From IMG/VR virus record IMGVR_UViG_3300029318_000015, positions 1-44,830 of that record: 44,830 bases of DNA, one strand, 5' to 3'. This document shows, one piece after another, positions 24,931 through 35,800 of this stretch. Below the pieces are notes generated by a model. That model ran no database searches and was not told the origin of the DNA. It worked only from the letters and a program-made list of their open reading frames with translations. Made by a program: the position numbers and the translations under genes. This DNA comes from a virus. Lineage: Duplodnaviria > Caudoviricetes. Numbering within the stretch: the stretch's first letter is position 1; each line of letters opens with the position of its first letter.

Positions 24931-26016
24931 ATGGCTAGAAAACGTATTATCTATCAAAGCGAGGCCCTTTATGCAGGGTCGACTGGAGAAGCAAACCCTA
25001 CACAAATCCATCGCGTACAAGACGTATCTCATTCTGTTGAGGTTGCACGTACTGATGTTAATGAATTTGGTAAGTTAGCAGCTCTTAGTCGTGAAGTAAT
25101 TGAAACCCCGACTGTATCATTGGATTTTTCATATTATACTGTCGATGGTAAAAACGAAAATACCCTTGGTTTCAACACAGACGGAAATATAAATTGTATC
25201 TCTGGAATTATGAGTGATGTGGGCGCTGAAAAAAATTATTACATTTTAACTGTACCCGAAGGTCAAGACGCAACTCAAGACAATGCTTACAGTGCAGCTC
25301 AACATGGTAACAATGGAGTTATTGGCGTGGGTAACGGGTTTATTACTAGTTATACATTAGATGCTTCCGTAGGAGAAATACCTAGCGCAAGTATCTCTGT
25401 AGAAGCTTCTAATCTTCGTTTCGACACAAGCAGTTCAGGGTTCGCTAATCCTGCCATTGATTTTTCTGATGGATCTGCAATAGACAACGATGTAACTATT
25501 ACTGGATCCTCAACTGGAACTTTAAGTGCAGCTGCAATTCGCCCTGGCGATATCACAGTTGATTTTGGAACTGAGTTGCTTGAACAAGGTGGTGCATTAC
25601 TTCCTGGCATGAGTACTTCTGATGGAGTGGCTTGCGTACAAAGTATTAGTATCGACCTTCCTCTTTCAAGAACTCCCTTGCAATGCTTAGGTAGTCTTTT
25701 CCCGAAATCTCGTGAACTTGACTTGCCTATCAATGCATCCTTGACTGTTAGTGCAAATCTTTCTGATATTGCATCTGGTACATTGAGCGATCTTCTTTGT
25801 TCAGAAGGACGCGCAAGAGACATCTCTGTAACAATGAAAAATCGTTGTGGAGAAGGAACCAGCGTAGTTTACACCCTTAAAGGTGCTCAATTGGATTCCC
25901 AAGCAATGAGTTCCAGTATCGGAGATAACAAAACAGTAGACCTTACATTTAGCGCTCAGCTTGGTGGACCACAAGATACCACTAACGGAGTGTTCATTTC
26001 AGGATCTGCTTCTTAA
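24931..26016 (+). CDS. major tail tube protein
   Basis: Ser/Gly/Thr-rich beta protein with strong codon bias and a following terminator; paralogous to 26972..28912. Confidence 0.7.
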   Translation: MARKRIIYQSEALYAGSTGEANPTQIHRVQDVSHSVEVARTDVNEFGKLAALSREVIETPTVSLDFSYYTVDGKNENTLGFNTDGNINCISGIMSDVGAEKNYYILTVPEGQDATQDNAYSAAQHGNNGVIGVGNGFITSYTLDASVGEIPSASISVEASNLRFDTSSSGFANPAIDFSDGSAIDNDVTITGSSTGTLSAAAIRPGDITVDFGTELLEQGGALLPGMSTSDGVACVQSISIDLPLSRTPLQCLGSLFPKSRELDLPINASLTVSANLSDIASGTLSDLLCSEGRARDISVTMKNRCGEGTSVVYTLKGAQLDSQAMSSSIGDNKTVDLTFSAQLGGPQDTTNGVFISGSAS

Positions 26017-26043
26017 TCAATCGTTTCTATCTAGTTTAACATT

Positions 26044-26072
26044 AAAGCTCTTGGGCAACCAAGAGCTTTTTT
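26044..26072 (+). terminator. Rho-independent terminator
   Basis: AAAGCTCTTGG-GCAA-CCAAGAGCTTT-TTT. Confidence 0.9.
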
Positions 26073-26087
26073 GTGTATATATTTATT

Positions 26088-26936
26088 ATGGCTTACGGTA
26101 GGAATATTTACTACGATCAATCGGTTTATATCAATGGTAGTGAAATAAAAGGGGTTCAATCTTTTGATGGAAATTGGAGCGTCCCGAATACTCCGATGTT
26201 AGCAGCTGGATATGAATTTGTTGGTACAGAAATAGAAGGAGAATTGGTTGGGGAGGTTTCAGTTTCGAGACAGATTGTATCAAGCAGCGACCCAATACCA
26301 AACTTGATTGGTTCGCCAATAAATGGATATTTATTGTATGGCCCTAATCACTCAAGAAATAAATCTTTTAATTTTAATCAAGGATATATTACTTCTTTTC
26401 AATCTTCTTGTGCTGTAGGTGAAGTTGCAACCTCAGACTTCTCATTAACTGCGTATGGCGGGATTGGAAGCGGAAATATCACAAATACATCTTATACGCC
26501 AATAACTCCAACAGTTGCGCTGGCAAATTCGATGACATTAAATACATCATTTGGATCAACTAATGCAATACAATCATATGATTTTGATTTATCATTAAAT
26601 GTAAGACCTATTTATAAAATGGGTGATATGTTTGTTCCTAGTGATTTTGAAATTGAGAGTCCGTTAGCTTCAAAAGTAAACTTTACAATAACTGCGGATG
26701 AATACGAAATTAAGAATTTATTTAATAGTATTTGTTCAACTGATTTCATTGAAAATTTATCGATAACATTGAATGAAAAATGTGATGGCCCCGAAATCAC
26801 ATCATTTAGTTTTAATGGCGCAAAACTTGTTGATTCGAGCATATCTGCGGACATTGGTAATAATTTAACTATAAATTTAGGATATGAAAAATATTATAGT
26901 AATGCAAGTGATGCAAAAAACAGTATATTTTCATGA
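26088..26936 (+). CDS. tail-tube-like protein (start revised from 26073)
   Basis: GYITSFQSSCAVGEVATSDFSL resembles GFITSYTLDASVGEIPSASISV of the major tube; GTGTA-N10-ATG. Confidence 0.6.
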   Translation: MAYGRNIYYDQSVYINGSEIKGVQSFDGNWSVPNTPMLAAGYEFVGTEIEGELVGEVSVSRQIVSSSDPIPNLIGSPINGYLLYGPNHSRNKSFNFNQGYITSFQSSCAVGEVATSDFSLTAYGGIGSGNITNTSYTPITPTVALANSMTLNTSFGSTNAIQSYDFDLSLNVRPIYKMGDMFVPSDFEIESPLASKVNFTITADEYEIKNLFNSICSTDFIENLSITLNEKCDGPEITSFSFNGAKLVDSSISADIGNNLTINLGYEKYYSNASDAKNSIFS

Positions 26937-26971
26937 TTCCCTTGTGTATTAAAAAAGTGTAATTTCATAAA

Positions 26972-28912
26972 ATGGCCCGTTCTAGAATAACATATCAAAG
27001 TCAAGCATTGTATGCAGGAAACATTCTGCAGCATGAACCCCAGCAATTATACAGAATACAAACAGCTGGGCATTCTGTCGACGTCCAATACGTTGATATA
27101 CAAGAATTAGGAATATTAAAGTCTTTAGATAGGGAGGTTATTGAAGCTCCAGTAGTTAATCTTGATTTTACATATTTTATCCTAGATGGAAAAAATGAAA
27201 GAAGTTTGGGCTTAACTGTAGAGCATCGAGATGGAATTAGTTCTCCTACAAATTTTTTATATGGATTATTAGATCATTCAACTGACGAAAAGAATTATTA
27301 TTTATTAATAGCCCCAGAAAATAAAGATGCAGCAGATGGAACAAGCAGTTATCCTATTAATGAAAATGGAGTTTTAGGAATAGGTAATGGTTATATAACT
27401 AATTATAATATTTCCGCCGCGATTGGTGAGATACCAACCGCCAGCGTTACCATCGAAGCGGCTAATATAAGATTTGATACTAATAGCGTAAATATAGATA
27501 ATCCAGCAATAGATGTAGAAACTGGAGACGAAGTTAATTACCCAATTGATATACCAGTTGCAACCGATGGTTGGACAGAGCTTTCTGCTTATATATTAAA
27601 GCCTGGTGATATTAGATTAAATTTTGGAAACGAACAGTTTCTTGAGGGTGGTGTGTTATTGCATGGAATGGATAACGCAAATGATAATGAAGCATGCGTT
27701 CAAAGTTTTGAAATAGACATCCCAATAAGCAGAAATCCTAAACTTTGTTTAGATAGATTTCATCCAGTAGATCGGGAGATACAATTTCCGATAAACGCGA
27801 CTTTATCAGTAACCGCAAACGTCTTAAGCACGTCCGCTGGAACACTAAGAAATGTAATATGTAATCCTCAGCAAGAAAGAGAGATATCTATTAAGTTTAA
27901 GCGGGAATGCAGCGAAGAAGACAACATGGTTTATACCTTCAAGGGTGCTATTTTGGAGTCTCAGGGCATGAGTTCTCAATTCGCTGATTCTCAAACCGTT
28001 GATTTAGTTTTTTCTACACAAATAGAGTCTTATTCAACAACAACCAAAGGTGTATTTTTGGCGGCTCCTACTACAACAACTACATTGCCTCCATTTAGTG
28101 CTCCAACATCTCCTAACTCCCCAGGAACTCCTTGCGAAACAGATTACGATGGAGAATATTTTTATGTTTGTACTGCTACTAACACATGGGAAAGAATTGC
28201 AATCGCAAGAATAGATCATGGATTAGGCGAACAAGGAGATACAGACTACGACGATAATTACTTTTATATTTGCATATACAATGGAATCATGGACCCCAGA
28301 AAAGGAAGGATCAGTATCTGGGGAAGATTTCCTTTATCGGCGACCACATTTTCTATGCCTGGTTCAGAAGGAGACACTCATTGTGCGCCTAGTTATTATT
28401 ATGTCAATACAAGCGCTGGATGGAAAGAAGCGGCTTTAGCAACGTGGGTAGGTTACACAACCACTAGTACTACTGGCATTCCTACAACAACGACAACTAC
28501 AACATCTGGCCCCACAACAACGAGCACGACAACAACATCTAGCCCTACAACAACGACTACTACGACATCTGGCCCTACAACAACCAGCACGACAACATTT
28601 GGGCCTACAACATCGACGACTAGCACGACAACAACGACAACATCTGGTCCTACTACCACAACTAGTACGACAGCTGCACCTGGAACGACAACTAGTACAA
28701 CAACCAGTACAACCAGCTCGACCAGCACAAGTACCAGCACAAGTACCAGCACAAGTAGTACAACAAGCACAACTAGTACAACGCCTGGAGGTTTCACGAC
28801 TACTACACCTTCGCCTGGAACAACGTCGACTACTTCAACAAGCACAAGCACCAGTACAAGTAGTACAAGCACAAGCACCAGCACCAGCACTAGTACGACA
28901 ACTAGTCCCTAG
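26972..28912 (+). CDS. tail-tube paralog with three short YxYxC/W repeats and a Thr/Ser-rich mucin-like tail
   Basis: MARSRITYQSQALYAG vs MARKRIIYQSEALYAG; collinear with the major tube over ~365 aa; C-terminal ~150 aa almost entirely T/S/P/G. Confidence 0.75.
   Translation: MARSRITYQSQALYAGNILQHEPQQLYRIQTAGHSVDVQYVDIQELGILKSLDREVIEAPVVNLDFTYFILDGKNERSLGLTVEHRDGISSPTNFLYGLLDHSTDEKNYYLLIAPENKDAADGTSSYPINENGVLGIGNGYITNYNISAAIGEIPTASVTIEAANIRFDTNSVNIDNPAIDVETGDEVNYPIDIPVATDGWTELSAYILKPGDIRLNFGNEQFLEGGVLLHGMDNANDNEACVQSFEIDIPISRNPKLCLDRFHPVDREIQFPINATLSVTANVLSTSAGTLRNVICNPQQEREISIKFKRECSEEDNMVYTFKGAILESQGMSSQFADSQTVDLVFSTQIESYSTTTKGVFLAAPTTTTTLPPFSAPTSPNSPGTPCETDYDGEYFYVCTATNTWERIAIARIDHGLGEQGDTDYDDNYFYICIYNGIMDPRKGRISIWGRFPLSATTFSMPGSEGDTHCAPSYYYVNTSAGWKEAALATWVGYTTTSTTGIPTTTTTTTSGPTTTSTTTTSSPTTTTTTTSGPTTTSTTTFGPTTSTTSTTTTTTSGPTTTTSTTAAPGTTTSTTTSTTSSTSTSTSTSTSTSSTTSTTSTTPGGFTTTTPSPGTTSTTSTSTSTSTSSTSTSTSTSTSTTTSP
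28456..28909 (+). repeat. low-complexity coding repeat (ACN/AGY codons; TTTTSGP and TS units)
   Basis: Degenerate ACAACA/ACCAGCACAAGT tandem units. Confidence 0.9.
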
Positions 28913-28925
28913 CGACTAATTTATT

Positions 28926-29747
28926 ATGTCAGTGCGTTTCGAAAATATGCTGGCATCAATTGATGGCCAGGACTATTACGCTGAATCTATAGACATTTCA
29001 GAAAGTATTAGTATCCAAGAGTTTTCTGCATTGGGGACAAAAAACGCTAGTGCTTTTCCAACGAATAGACCAGAAGGAACAATCAACATTAATTTTTATA
29101 TAACTTCTGGAGTTGAAATATCTAATATAGAAGATCAATATGCAGAAACTGGGTTTGTTCAAGTTCAAGCTGGGCCATTCACACTTAGAAATGCAATATT
29201 AAATTCATTCTCAATACAGGGCGACGCCACAAGCCTAATTAAAGGCTCTGCTTCATATAATTATTATGGACAGATGGAGTCTGGATCCACCCCCTCTAAG
29301 GGGACGGCTGAAATAGTTCCTGCTCATGGAGCGTCTTCTTATGGAGCGTTAACAAATTTTGGCGCTCATGAATTACTTGATTTTGATTATAGCTTTAATC
29401 AATCCATGGAAGTTCAATATGTATTAGGAAATAATGACCCAGCAAAAGTAATATTTAATGATGCAACACAAGAATTTAATCTTTCAAATTTAATATCCGA
29501 TATGAATTTCACAAAAACTAATCTAACTGGCGTTGATGGTTTGTGTGATGGGTCTGCAAGTGGAGAAGGGTTTTATGAGAGAAGTGGAAGTCTTTATATT
29601 AAAAACTTATGTAATGAAAGCGTTTATAATCTTACAGTTAGTGGTTTTATACAAGAAAGAAGTTTAAGTAGTCAGCCAGGAGGAGAAGTTATAGAATCAA
29701 TAAAAATAACAAAAAAGTTTGTTGCAAACAAAGGATGTGATGAGTAA
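28926..29747 (+). CDS. tail-tube-like / tail tip protein
   Basis: Beta-rich; similar architecture to 29740..30516 (VQAGPF / LQFGPY; YNYYG / FNYFG; YSFNQS..QYVLG / WTFSQS..YYLLG). Confidence 0.55.
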   Translation: MSVRFENMLASIDGQDYYAESIDISESISIQEFSALGTKNASAFPTNRPEGTININFYITSGVEISNIEDQYAETGFVQVQAGPFTLRNAILNSFSIQGDATSLIKGSASYNYYGQMESGSTPSKGTAEIVPAHGASSYGALTNFGAHELLDFDYSFNQSMEVQYVLGNNDPAKVIFNDATQEFNLSNLISDMNFTKTNLTGVDGLCDGSASGEGFYERSGSLYIKNLCNESVYNLTVSGFIQERSLSSQPGGEVIESIKITKKFVANKGCDE

Positions 29748-30516
29748 TTGTTATAAAAATTTTCCTGTAATCGTGAATTACAGTAATAGCACAACTGATA
29801 CTATATATTCTAATTCAGCCAGTTTATCAGAGAATTTAAATATTGAACACGCCAAATCATTAGGCATAAAAGGTTCAAACGCTGTTTTTATTAAAACATT
29901 AACACAAGGAGAATTAAGTGTTGATTCTTATTTGTTTGATGACTTGGGAATATTTCACAATTTAAAAGGACTTAATGATCAAGAAATCACATTGCAATTC
30001 GGTCCGTATTCATGCCCTGCGCCTTGTGTGTTATCATCTATGTCTGTTAATATTAGCGTAGAAGAGCCGATAACGGTGAGTAGATCTTTTAATTATTTTG
30101 GTGGCGTTACAGGTACTACATCACCAACACCAACCAATCCAACGCTTAGTCCTGTGATACCTGAAAATATTGTTTTAAATGGATTTGATAATTTAGGTGC
30201 ATTAGATAATATAACATCAATAACTTGGACATTTTCTCAATCATATCAAGAATATTATTTATTAGGAGAATCGGTTCCCAAAATAGCCTTTACTGATGGT
30301 CAAATTACAATGAATATTGATGGCGAGGGAATTGCTGATCCATTGATCACTGAAAATTGCATATCTGAACCAAATGATTATGAAATTGAAGTTTATGGTT
30401 GTGGCGGCGATAACTTAGGTTCGCTATCGATCACAGGACATTTACAAGCAAGAACATCTTCTGTTGCGTCGGATGATGACGAACAAAATTCTGTATCTAT
30501 TATTCAGTATTTATAA
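29740..30516 (+). CDS. tail-tube-like / tail tip protein (start revised from 29719)
   Basis: Paralogous to the previous gene; ATG at 29740. Confidence 0.55.
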   Translation: MSNCYKNFPVIVNYSNSTTDTIYSNSASLSENLNIEHAKSLGIKGSNAVFIKTLTQGELSVDSYLFDDLGIFHNLKGLNDQEITLQFGPYSCPAPCVLSSMSVNISVEEPITVSRSFNYFGGVTGTTSPTPTNPTLSPVIPENIVLNGFDNLGALDNITSITWTFSQSYQEYYLLGESVPKIAFTDGQITMNIDGEGIADPLITENCISEPNDYEIEVYGCGGDNLGSLSITGHLQARTSSVASDDDEQNSVSIIQYL

Positions 30517-30550
30517 TTGAAAAAATATTATATTATAATTAATATAATAT

Positions 30551-30838
30551 ATGGATCAAGGTCAATTAAAGGAATTATTGGAGTTTCAAGTAAACAGAAA
30601 CATTACAAGATTATATAAATCATTTTTAACAATTATTGAAGATATACAAGATCAGCATGATAATCATTTTCATAAATTGAAATTAGCTCTACCAAATGAT
30701 ACAGAGTTGATTAATCAGGCTGATTATCTTGATGAATCAAGAATGGAATTTTTGAGAAAACAAGTGTTGGACCAAGGCAATGATGTTCGCCGCGAAATAG
30801 TTGGACAATTAGAAAAATTTAATTTAACAATCAATTAA
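30551..30838 (+). CDS. hypothetical protein
   Basis: 95 aa helical ORF. Confidence 0.75.
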   Translation: MDQGQLKELLEFQVNRNITRLYKSFLTIIEDIQDQHDNHFHKLKLALPNDTELINQADYLDESRMEFLRKQVLDQGNDVRREIVGQLEKFNLTIN

Positions 30839-30850
30839 GGAATAAGGATT

Positions 30851-31816
30851 ATGGCAAAAGTAAAAAAACGTGAACTGTACAACTTCACTATCGATATCGA
30901 AGAAGAGACCGAGAGAGAAGTTACAAAGGAAATCGAACGCAAGAATGACGAAGGCGAAAAAGAGATAGTTAAACAAGTCTCTAAGGAAAAAGTCATTGAG
31001 CAAGTACCTGTAAAGGTATTCTTAAAAAAGCCTACGAGAAGTCAAGTTGAAGATGGCGATATGTTTTACAGTATTTGGCTGAATAAATTTATTAAGATGG
31101 GCCTGCTTACCAGAGCAATGCTTGCAAAAAAGCAGCTTGATGTTGGCGGAACTTTAAACGAAGAAGATAAGTTAAACTACGCAAAGCTTTACCTTAAGCT
31201 ATTCGAAAAACAGCAAAACGTTATTCGTTACAGCGCTATGGATGCTGATAAGATGAGTAACGACGAAAAAGAAAGATTAGATAAAGCTGTTTCAGAGCTT
31301 TCTGTAATCAGAAAAGATCTTGCGGATTTTGAAGCAGCTCAAGCTTCAATTTTTGATCATACTGCTGACGTTAAGGCTCGTAATAAGACAATTACTTGGT
31401 TTTTGCTTCACATGGCATATTATGTTAAAGGTGATAAAGATGATGCAGAAGAACTGCCTTTGTTTCCAGGAACTGATTATGAAGAAAAATACGATAGTTA
31501 TCAAGAGTTGGATGAAGATCAAGATCCAATTTTTACAAAAACTATTGACAAGCTAAGTACAATTGCCACTATTTGGTACATGAGCGGACTTCAAGAACAA
31601 AAAGAATTTGATGACGTTCTTAATCAAATGAATAAAGATTCCGAACAAAATTTAAATGTTGAAGAAGTTTTGAATGAAGCGGTTGAAGATCAGGTAAAAA
31701 AAGATCAGCCTAAGAAGGCGCAACCCAAAAAAGAACAACCAAAACAAGAGCAACCTCAAAAACAGCAGCCAAAGCAAGGGAAAGCTAAGGAGCAGCAAGC
31801 CGAGGCTGAATCTTAA
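30851..31816 (+). CDS. putative tail assembly chaperone
   Basis: Position before the tape measure; VFLKKPTR motif; C-terminal (K/Q)(K/Q)xQP pentapeptide repeats. Confidence 0.5.
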   Translation: MAKVKKRELYNFTIDIEEETEREVTKEIERKNDEGEKEIVKQVSKEKVIEQVPVKVFLKKPTRSQVEDGDMFYSIWLNKFIKMGLLTRAMLAKKQLDVGGTLNEEDKLNYAKLYLKLFEKQQNVIRYSAMDADKMSNDEKERLDKAVSELSVIRKDLADFEAAQASIFDHTADVKARNKTITWFLLHMAYYVKGDKDDAEELPLFPGTDYEEKYDSYQELDEDQDPIFTKTIDKLSTIATIWYMSGLQEQKEFDDVLNQMNKDSEQNLNVEEVLNEAVEDQVKKDQPKKAQPKKEQPKQEQPQKQQPKQGKAKEQQAEAES

Positions 31817-31834
31817 AGTTAAAAAGGGGCCTAT

Positions 31835-32824
31835 ATGGCAGATGAGCCCCCAGAGGAAAAAACATTAAGAAAAGTACTTTCTGATGTGATTAATGGTTAT
31901 ACCTTCGTAGATAACGAAGGCGAAGAAGCTTATGTTAAACACTTTGGAAGCAGAGAACAACAAGAGCTTGAAGAGCACTATGATCGAATTTTTAAAAAAG
32001 CTCAAAAGAATGGATTACCCACAGAAAAAGAAAGCATGGAGTTTCTTAAGGAACAGGACTTGTGGACTGAACAAGACGAAGTCGAATATGTTGATGTCCA
32101 GAAATATATAGAAAACCTAGAGGAGACTAAAAAGAATCTAATCATTCCAAGCCAAATTAAAGAGATAGAAAAAGATATAGAAGAATCCCAAACAAAACTT
32201 GCAGAAAAACAATCAAAAAGAGATTCTCTATTGACTGAAACATGCGAAACTTACGCGCGGAACAAAAGCAATGATTACAGTATATTTATATCTTTTTATA
32301 AAAATAAATCTTTAACTGAAAAATTATTTACTGAACAGGAATTTGATGAATTAAGTAAAACTGAAATGTCTGAGTGGTTTGGGTTTTATATGAAAGAAAG
32401 TGTTCATTTATCGATTGAAAATATTAAATATTTAGCAATCAGTAATATTTTTACAATGTATTATAATATATTGGGCTCCAAAAACTTATATAAAATTATT
32501 CCAAAGACCCCTTTTGATTTTTCATTTTATCAATTAAATTTATTGAATTATGCTAAGATTTTAAATTCTATTATAGAAAATCACCCCAAAATGCCTGATA
32601 AAGTTAAAAAAGATCCTGACAGGTTATTGGCCTATGCAGAGGCAAAAAGCAAGAATCAAGCTATTGTTGACAAAGGAAAGAATAAACAAGGGTTTAGTGT
32701 TATGGGGGCAAGCAAGCAAGATATGGGAGAAATGGGTGTATCTGATGAGCTATCTATTAGTCCGTTTGAATTAGCCAAGAAAAAAGGTTCTTTAACAATG
32801 GAAGATTTTCAAAACTTTAGCTAA
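31835..32824 (+). CDS. putative tail assembly chaperone 2
   Basis: Helical 329 aa protein immediately before the tape measure. Confidence 0.45.
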   Translation: MADEPPEEKTLRKVLSDVINGYTFVDNEGEEAYVKHFGSREQQELEEHYDRIFKKAQKNGLPTEKESMEFLKEQDLWTEQDEVEYVDVQKYIENLEETKKNLIIPSQIKEIEKDIEESQTKLAEKQSKRDSLLTETCETYARNKSNDYSIFISFYKNKSLTEKLFTEQEFDELSKTEMSEWFGFYMKESVHLSIENIKYLAISNIFTMYYNILGSKNLYKIIPKTPFDFSFYQLNLLNYAKILNSIIENHPKMPDKVKKDPDRLLAYAEAKSKNQAIVDKGKNKQGFSVMGASKQDMGEMGVSDELSISPFELAKKKGSLTMEDFQNFS

Positions 32825-32852
32825 AAAATAGTGTATATAGAGTCAAGGAATT

Positions 32853-35800
32853 ATGGCTTTAGGTAGAGGAAATATAGAAATTGATATTCGCGGTAACGTA
32901 GATACCGCAGGTATCGCGCGTCAAATCACCGCTGCCGAAAAGAAGATTCGTCCTTTAAGCATATCATTAGATGAGAAAGGATTTAGGCAGCCATTAGGTA
33001 AAATTAGTGGAGATCTAGCTGAATTCCAAAAATCTCTTGATGCTTCTGTAGCTCGTACTCTTGCATTTGGTGCTGCAGTAGGAGTTATAAACTCTGTTTC
33101 TGATGCGTTTAAAGGCTTGATTAATAGCGCGGTTGAAGTTGAAAAAGCATTAACCGACATAAATGTTATACTTAATTTAAATGGACAAGCATTACAGCAA
33201 TTCTCTGATCAATTATTTGATGTAGCAAAAAATACTGGACAAAGCTTCCAGAGTGTTTCTGACGCTGCAGTAGAACTTTCTCGTCAAGGTCTTGGAGCAG
33301 AAGAGACATTAAAGAGGATAAATGATGCAATGATTTTAACAAGATTGTCTGGCATGGATGCCGCAAAATCTGTTGAAACATTAACTGCTGCAGTTAATAG
33401 CTTTGGAGATACAGCTTTAACAACAACTGACTTGGTTAATAAGTTGGCTACGGTTGATGCAGCTTTTGCTGTTAGTACTGAAGATTTATCTAATGCTTTA
33501 GCTAGATCTGGAGCTAGTGCTCAAGCCGCTAAGGTTGATCTTAATGAATTGCTTGCTGCTGTTACCAGTGTTCAACAAACTACAGCTCGTGGTGGTTCAG
33601 TTATTGGTAATGCATTTAAAAGTATTTTTACTCGTATTCAGAGATCAGGCGTTAGAGAAGCTTTAGAAGAAATCGGCGTTTCCACTACAGATGCCGCAGG
33701 TAACATTCGTGGAGCATTAGACATCCTGCAAGATTATGCTGGGGTATATGGTACTTTGACAGATGCTCAACGTGCTTATACCGATGAATTGGTTGCTGGT
33801 GTATTTCAAATCAATAATTTACGAGCTCTAGTAAAAGATTTAGGCAGTGACTATAGCATTTATAATAGAGCTCTAGATCAATCAAATAGCGCGACTGATG
33901 AAGCCATCCGAAGAAATGAGAAATTACAAGGCACTCTTTCTAGTTTAATTAATGAAGCTTCCGTTAACGCCAAAGAATTGGCCGCAACACTGGGCGATTT
34001 AATAGCTACGCCTGCAATTGAGAATTTGTTAAATATTTTTAACTCAATTTCTGGAGCATTAAAAACTGCATTAGATCCAGAAGAAGGAAGTCGTTTAATA
34101 CAAGGCTTAGTGACTGGAATAGGAAAATTTTTATCTGGACCAGGTTTAATTATTATTGGCGCAGCCTTTATAAAACTTTTTAAATTTATTACCCAGCAAA
34201 GTTTAAAAGCTGTTGGTGAGATATTTAAAATTGGTAGTGCCGCAAATGAGGTTGCTGATGCAGAAGCAAAAATTGGATTTTTATTAAAAAATAATCGGGC
34301 CTTGTACGAAGCAATTAGTAATGAAGCTTTAACACATGAACAAAGAGAAGAATTAGTTCTTCAAACAATCAAACAACAAAATCAAGCATACAGTCAACAA
34401 CAAAAATTAATCTCAAGGCTTGCGTCATCAAGAGGTATACAGTCAAGCATATCTACGAGAGCTCAAGGTTTTGTACCTAACGCTTCTCAAGGACATATAC
34501 CTAAACGAGCTAAGAGTCAAAAAATCTCTAATTTTGCCAACGGATTACAGGGAGCTATTCAAGCAGAAAAAGAAGCTGTATCATCACGTGTTGGTGGAGC
34601 ATCAAAATCAGCGAAACCAAAAGTTATAAAGAACTTCCCAATGGGCGGAGGTAAAAGAGAAACAGTTGTTGCTAATACCGATGAAGTAGTTGTACCTAAA
34701 TTTGGTGGAGGAACGGGCTCTGCAATATTTAATCAAGATATGATTAAAAAATTTGGAATGCCAAAAGGGGCAATACCTGTTTCTCGTGGCTACGTTCCGA
34801 ACTTTGCTGAATCCAAACTTCAAAAAGATAAGCAATTTCAAAACATATTAAGCGACTTTAGAGGTATTAACATTGACGTCCAAAGAGATATGTCTGGGTT
34901 TGGAATGCTTTCTGCAAAAGGAGCTAGAGGCAATTTAAGCGTTAAACAAAAACCTGGCTTTACTCGCGAACAAAAGCTAGACATCATAAATACAATTGGC
35001 GGTTCTAAATTAAATAAAGATGATAAAAATTATTTATTAACCACAATTGGAAGTAAGAAGAAAACTACTTTTTCAAATATACCATCGCAAACAATTGAAT
35101 CTGCTGACCCAAAACAAATAAGAGGGAAAGTTGGCGCCTTGGATAACATGATAAATCCATACATAGCCGATGCAGTGGCAAATGTAGCAACAAATGTATA
35201 TACAAGGGTTTTGGGTGACGAGGTTAGTGCTCAAAATTTAGTAAAAACTGTTAGAAGTTCAGCCAATGCAGATCAAGGGATAATATCAGTAGGGGCTCAA
35301 GGAGATATTTTTGAATCAGCAATTCGATTAGGTTCGAAGCAATCTGCAAAAGGATTAGCAAAAGATGATCGCACGGCTATATGGGACTTTGAAGAATCTG
35401 GTTCAATAACACCCGATCTTAAGAGCTTATTTTTTCCTGGGTCAAATATTTCTAAGGCAGATGCAAAAAGAAGTGGCGATCAAACTTCCGCAGGGGAAGT
35501 CGTAACAAAAGCATACAAAAATACATTTGATGATCAACTACGACAAATTTACGCAAGGAGCTGGGCCCCAATTGTTAATGCAGCAGTGAAAGCAGCTCCA
35601 TCAAAACAGAAGACAGAAAGAAAAAGAACAGGCGTAAATTTAGCAGGCGGTTTCGTTCCTAATTTTATTACCAGTATTCCTGATGATATAATAAGGCCAT
35701 TTCAGCCCGAAAATTACACTAACAGAATAATTGTCCCGCCAAAAGAAGATGATCGAACTATAGAAAAAAAAGTATCAGAAATAAAACCGACACAAGCTTT

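Noticed and set aside
28453-28890. 145-aa Val/Leu-rich minus-strand ORF (and + strand 28599..28919)
   Set aside because: Shadows of the Thr/Ser codon repeat in 26972..28912.
31700-31840. Programmed -1 frameshift between the two tail chaperone genes
   Set aside because: No convincing XXXYYYZ slippery site just before the 31816 stop, and the second gene has its own ATG with a purine-rich upstream sequence.
22023-32824. Contractile tail sheath gene
   Set aside because: No protein of sheath-like size and motifs lies between the neck and tape measure; the largest (646 aa) is a tube paralog with a low-complexity tail.
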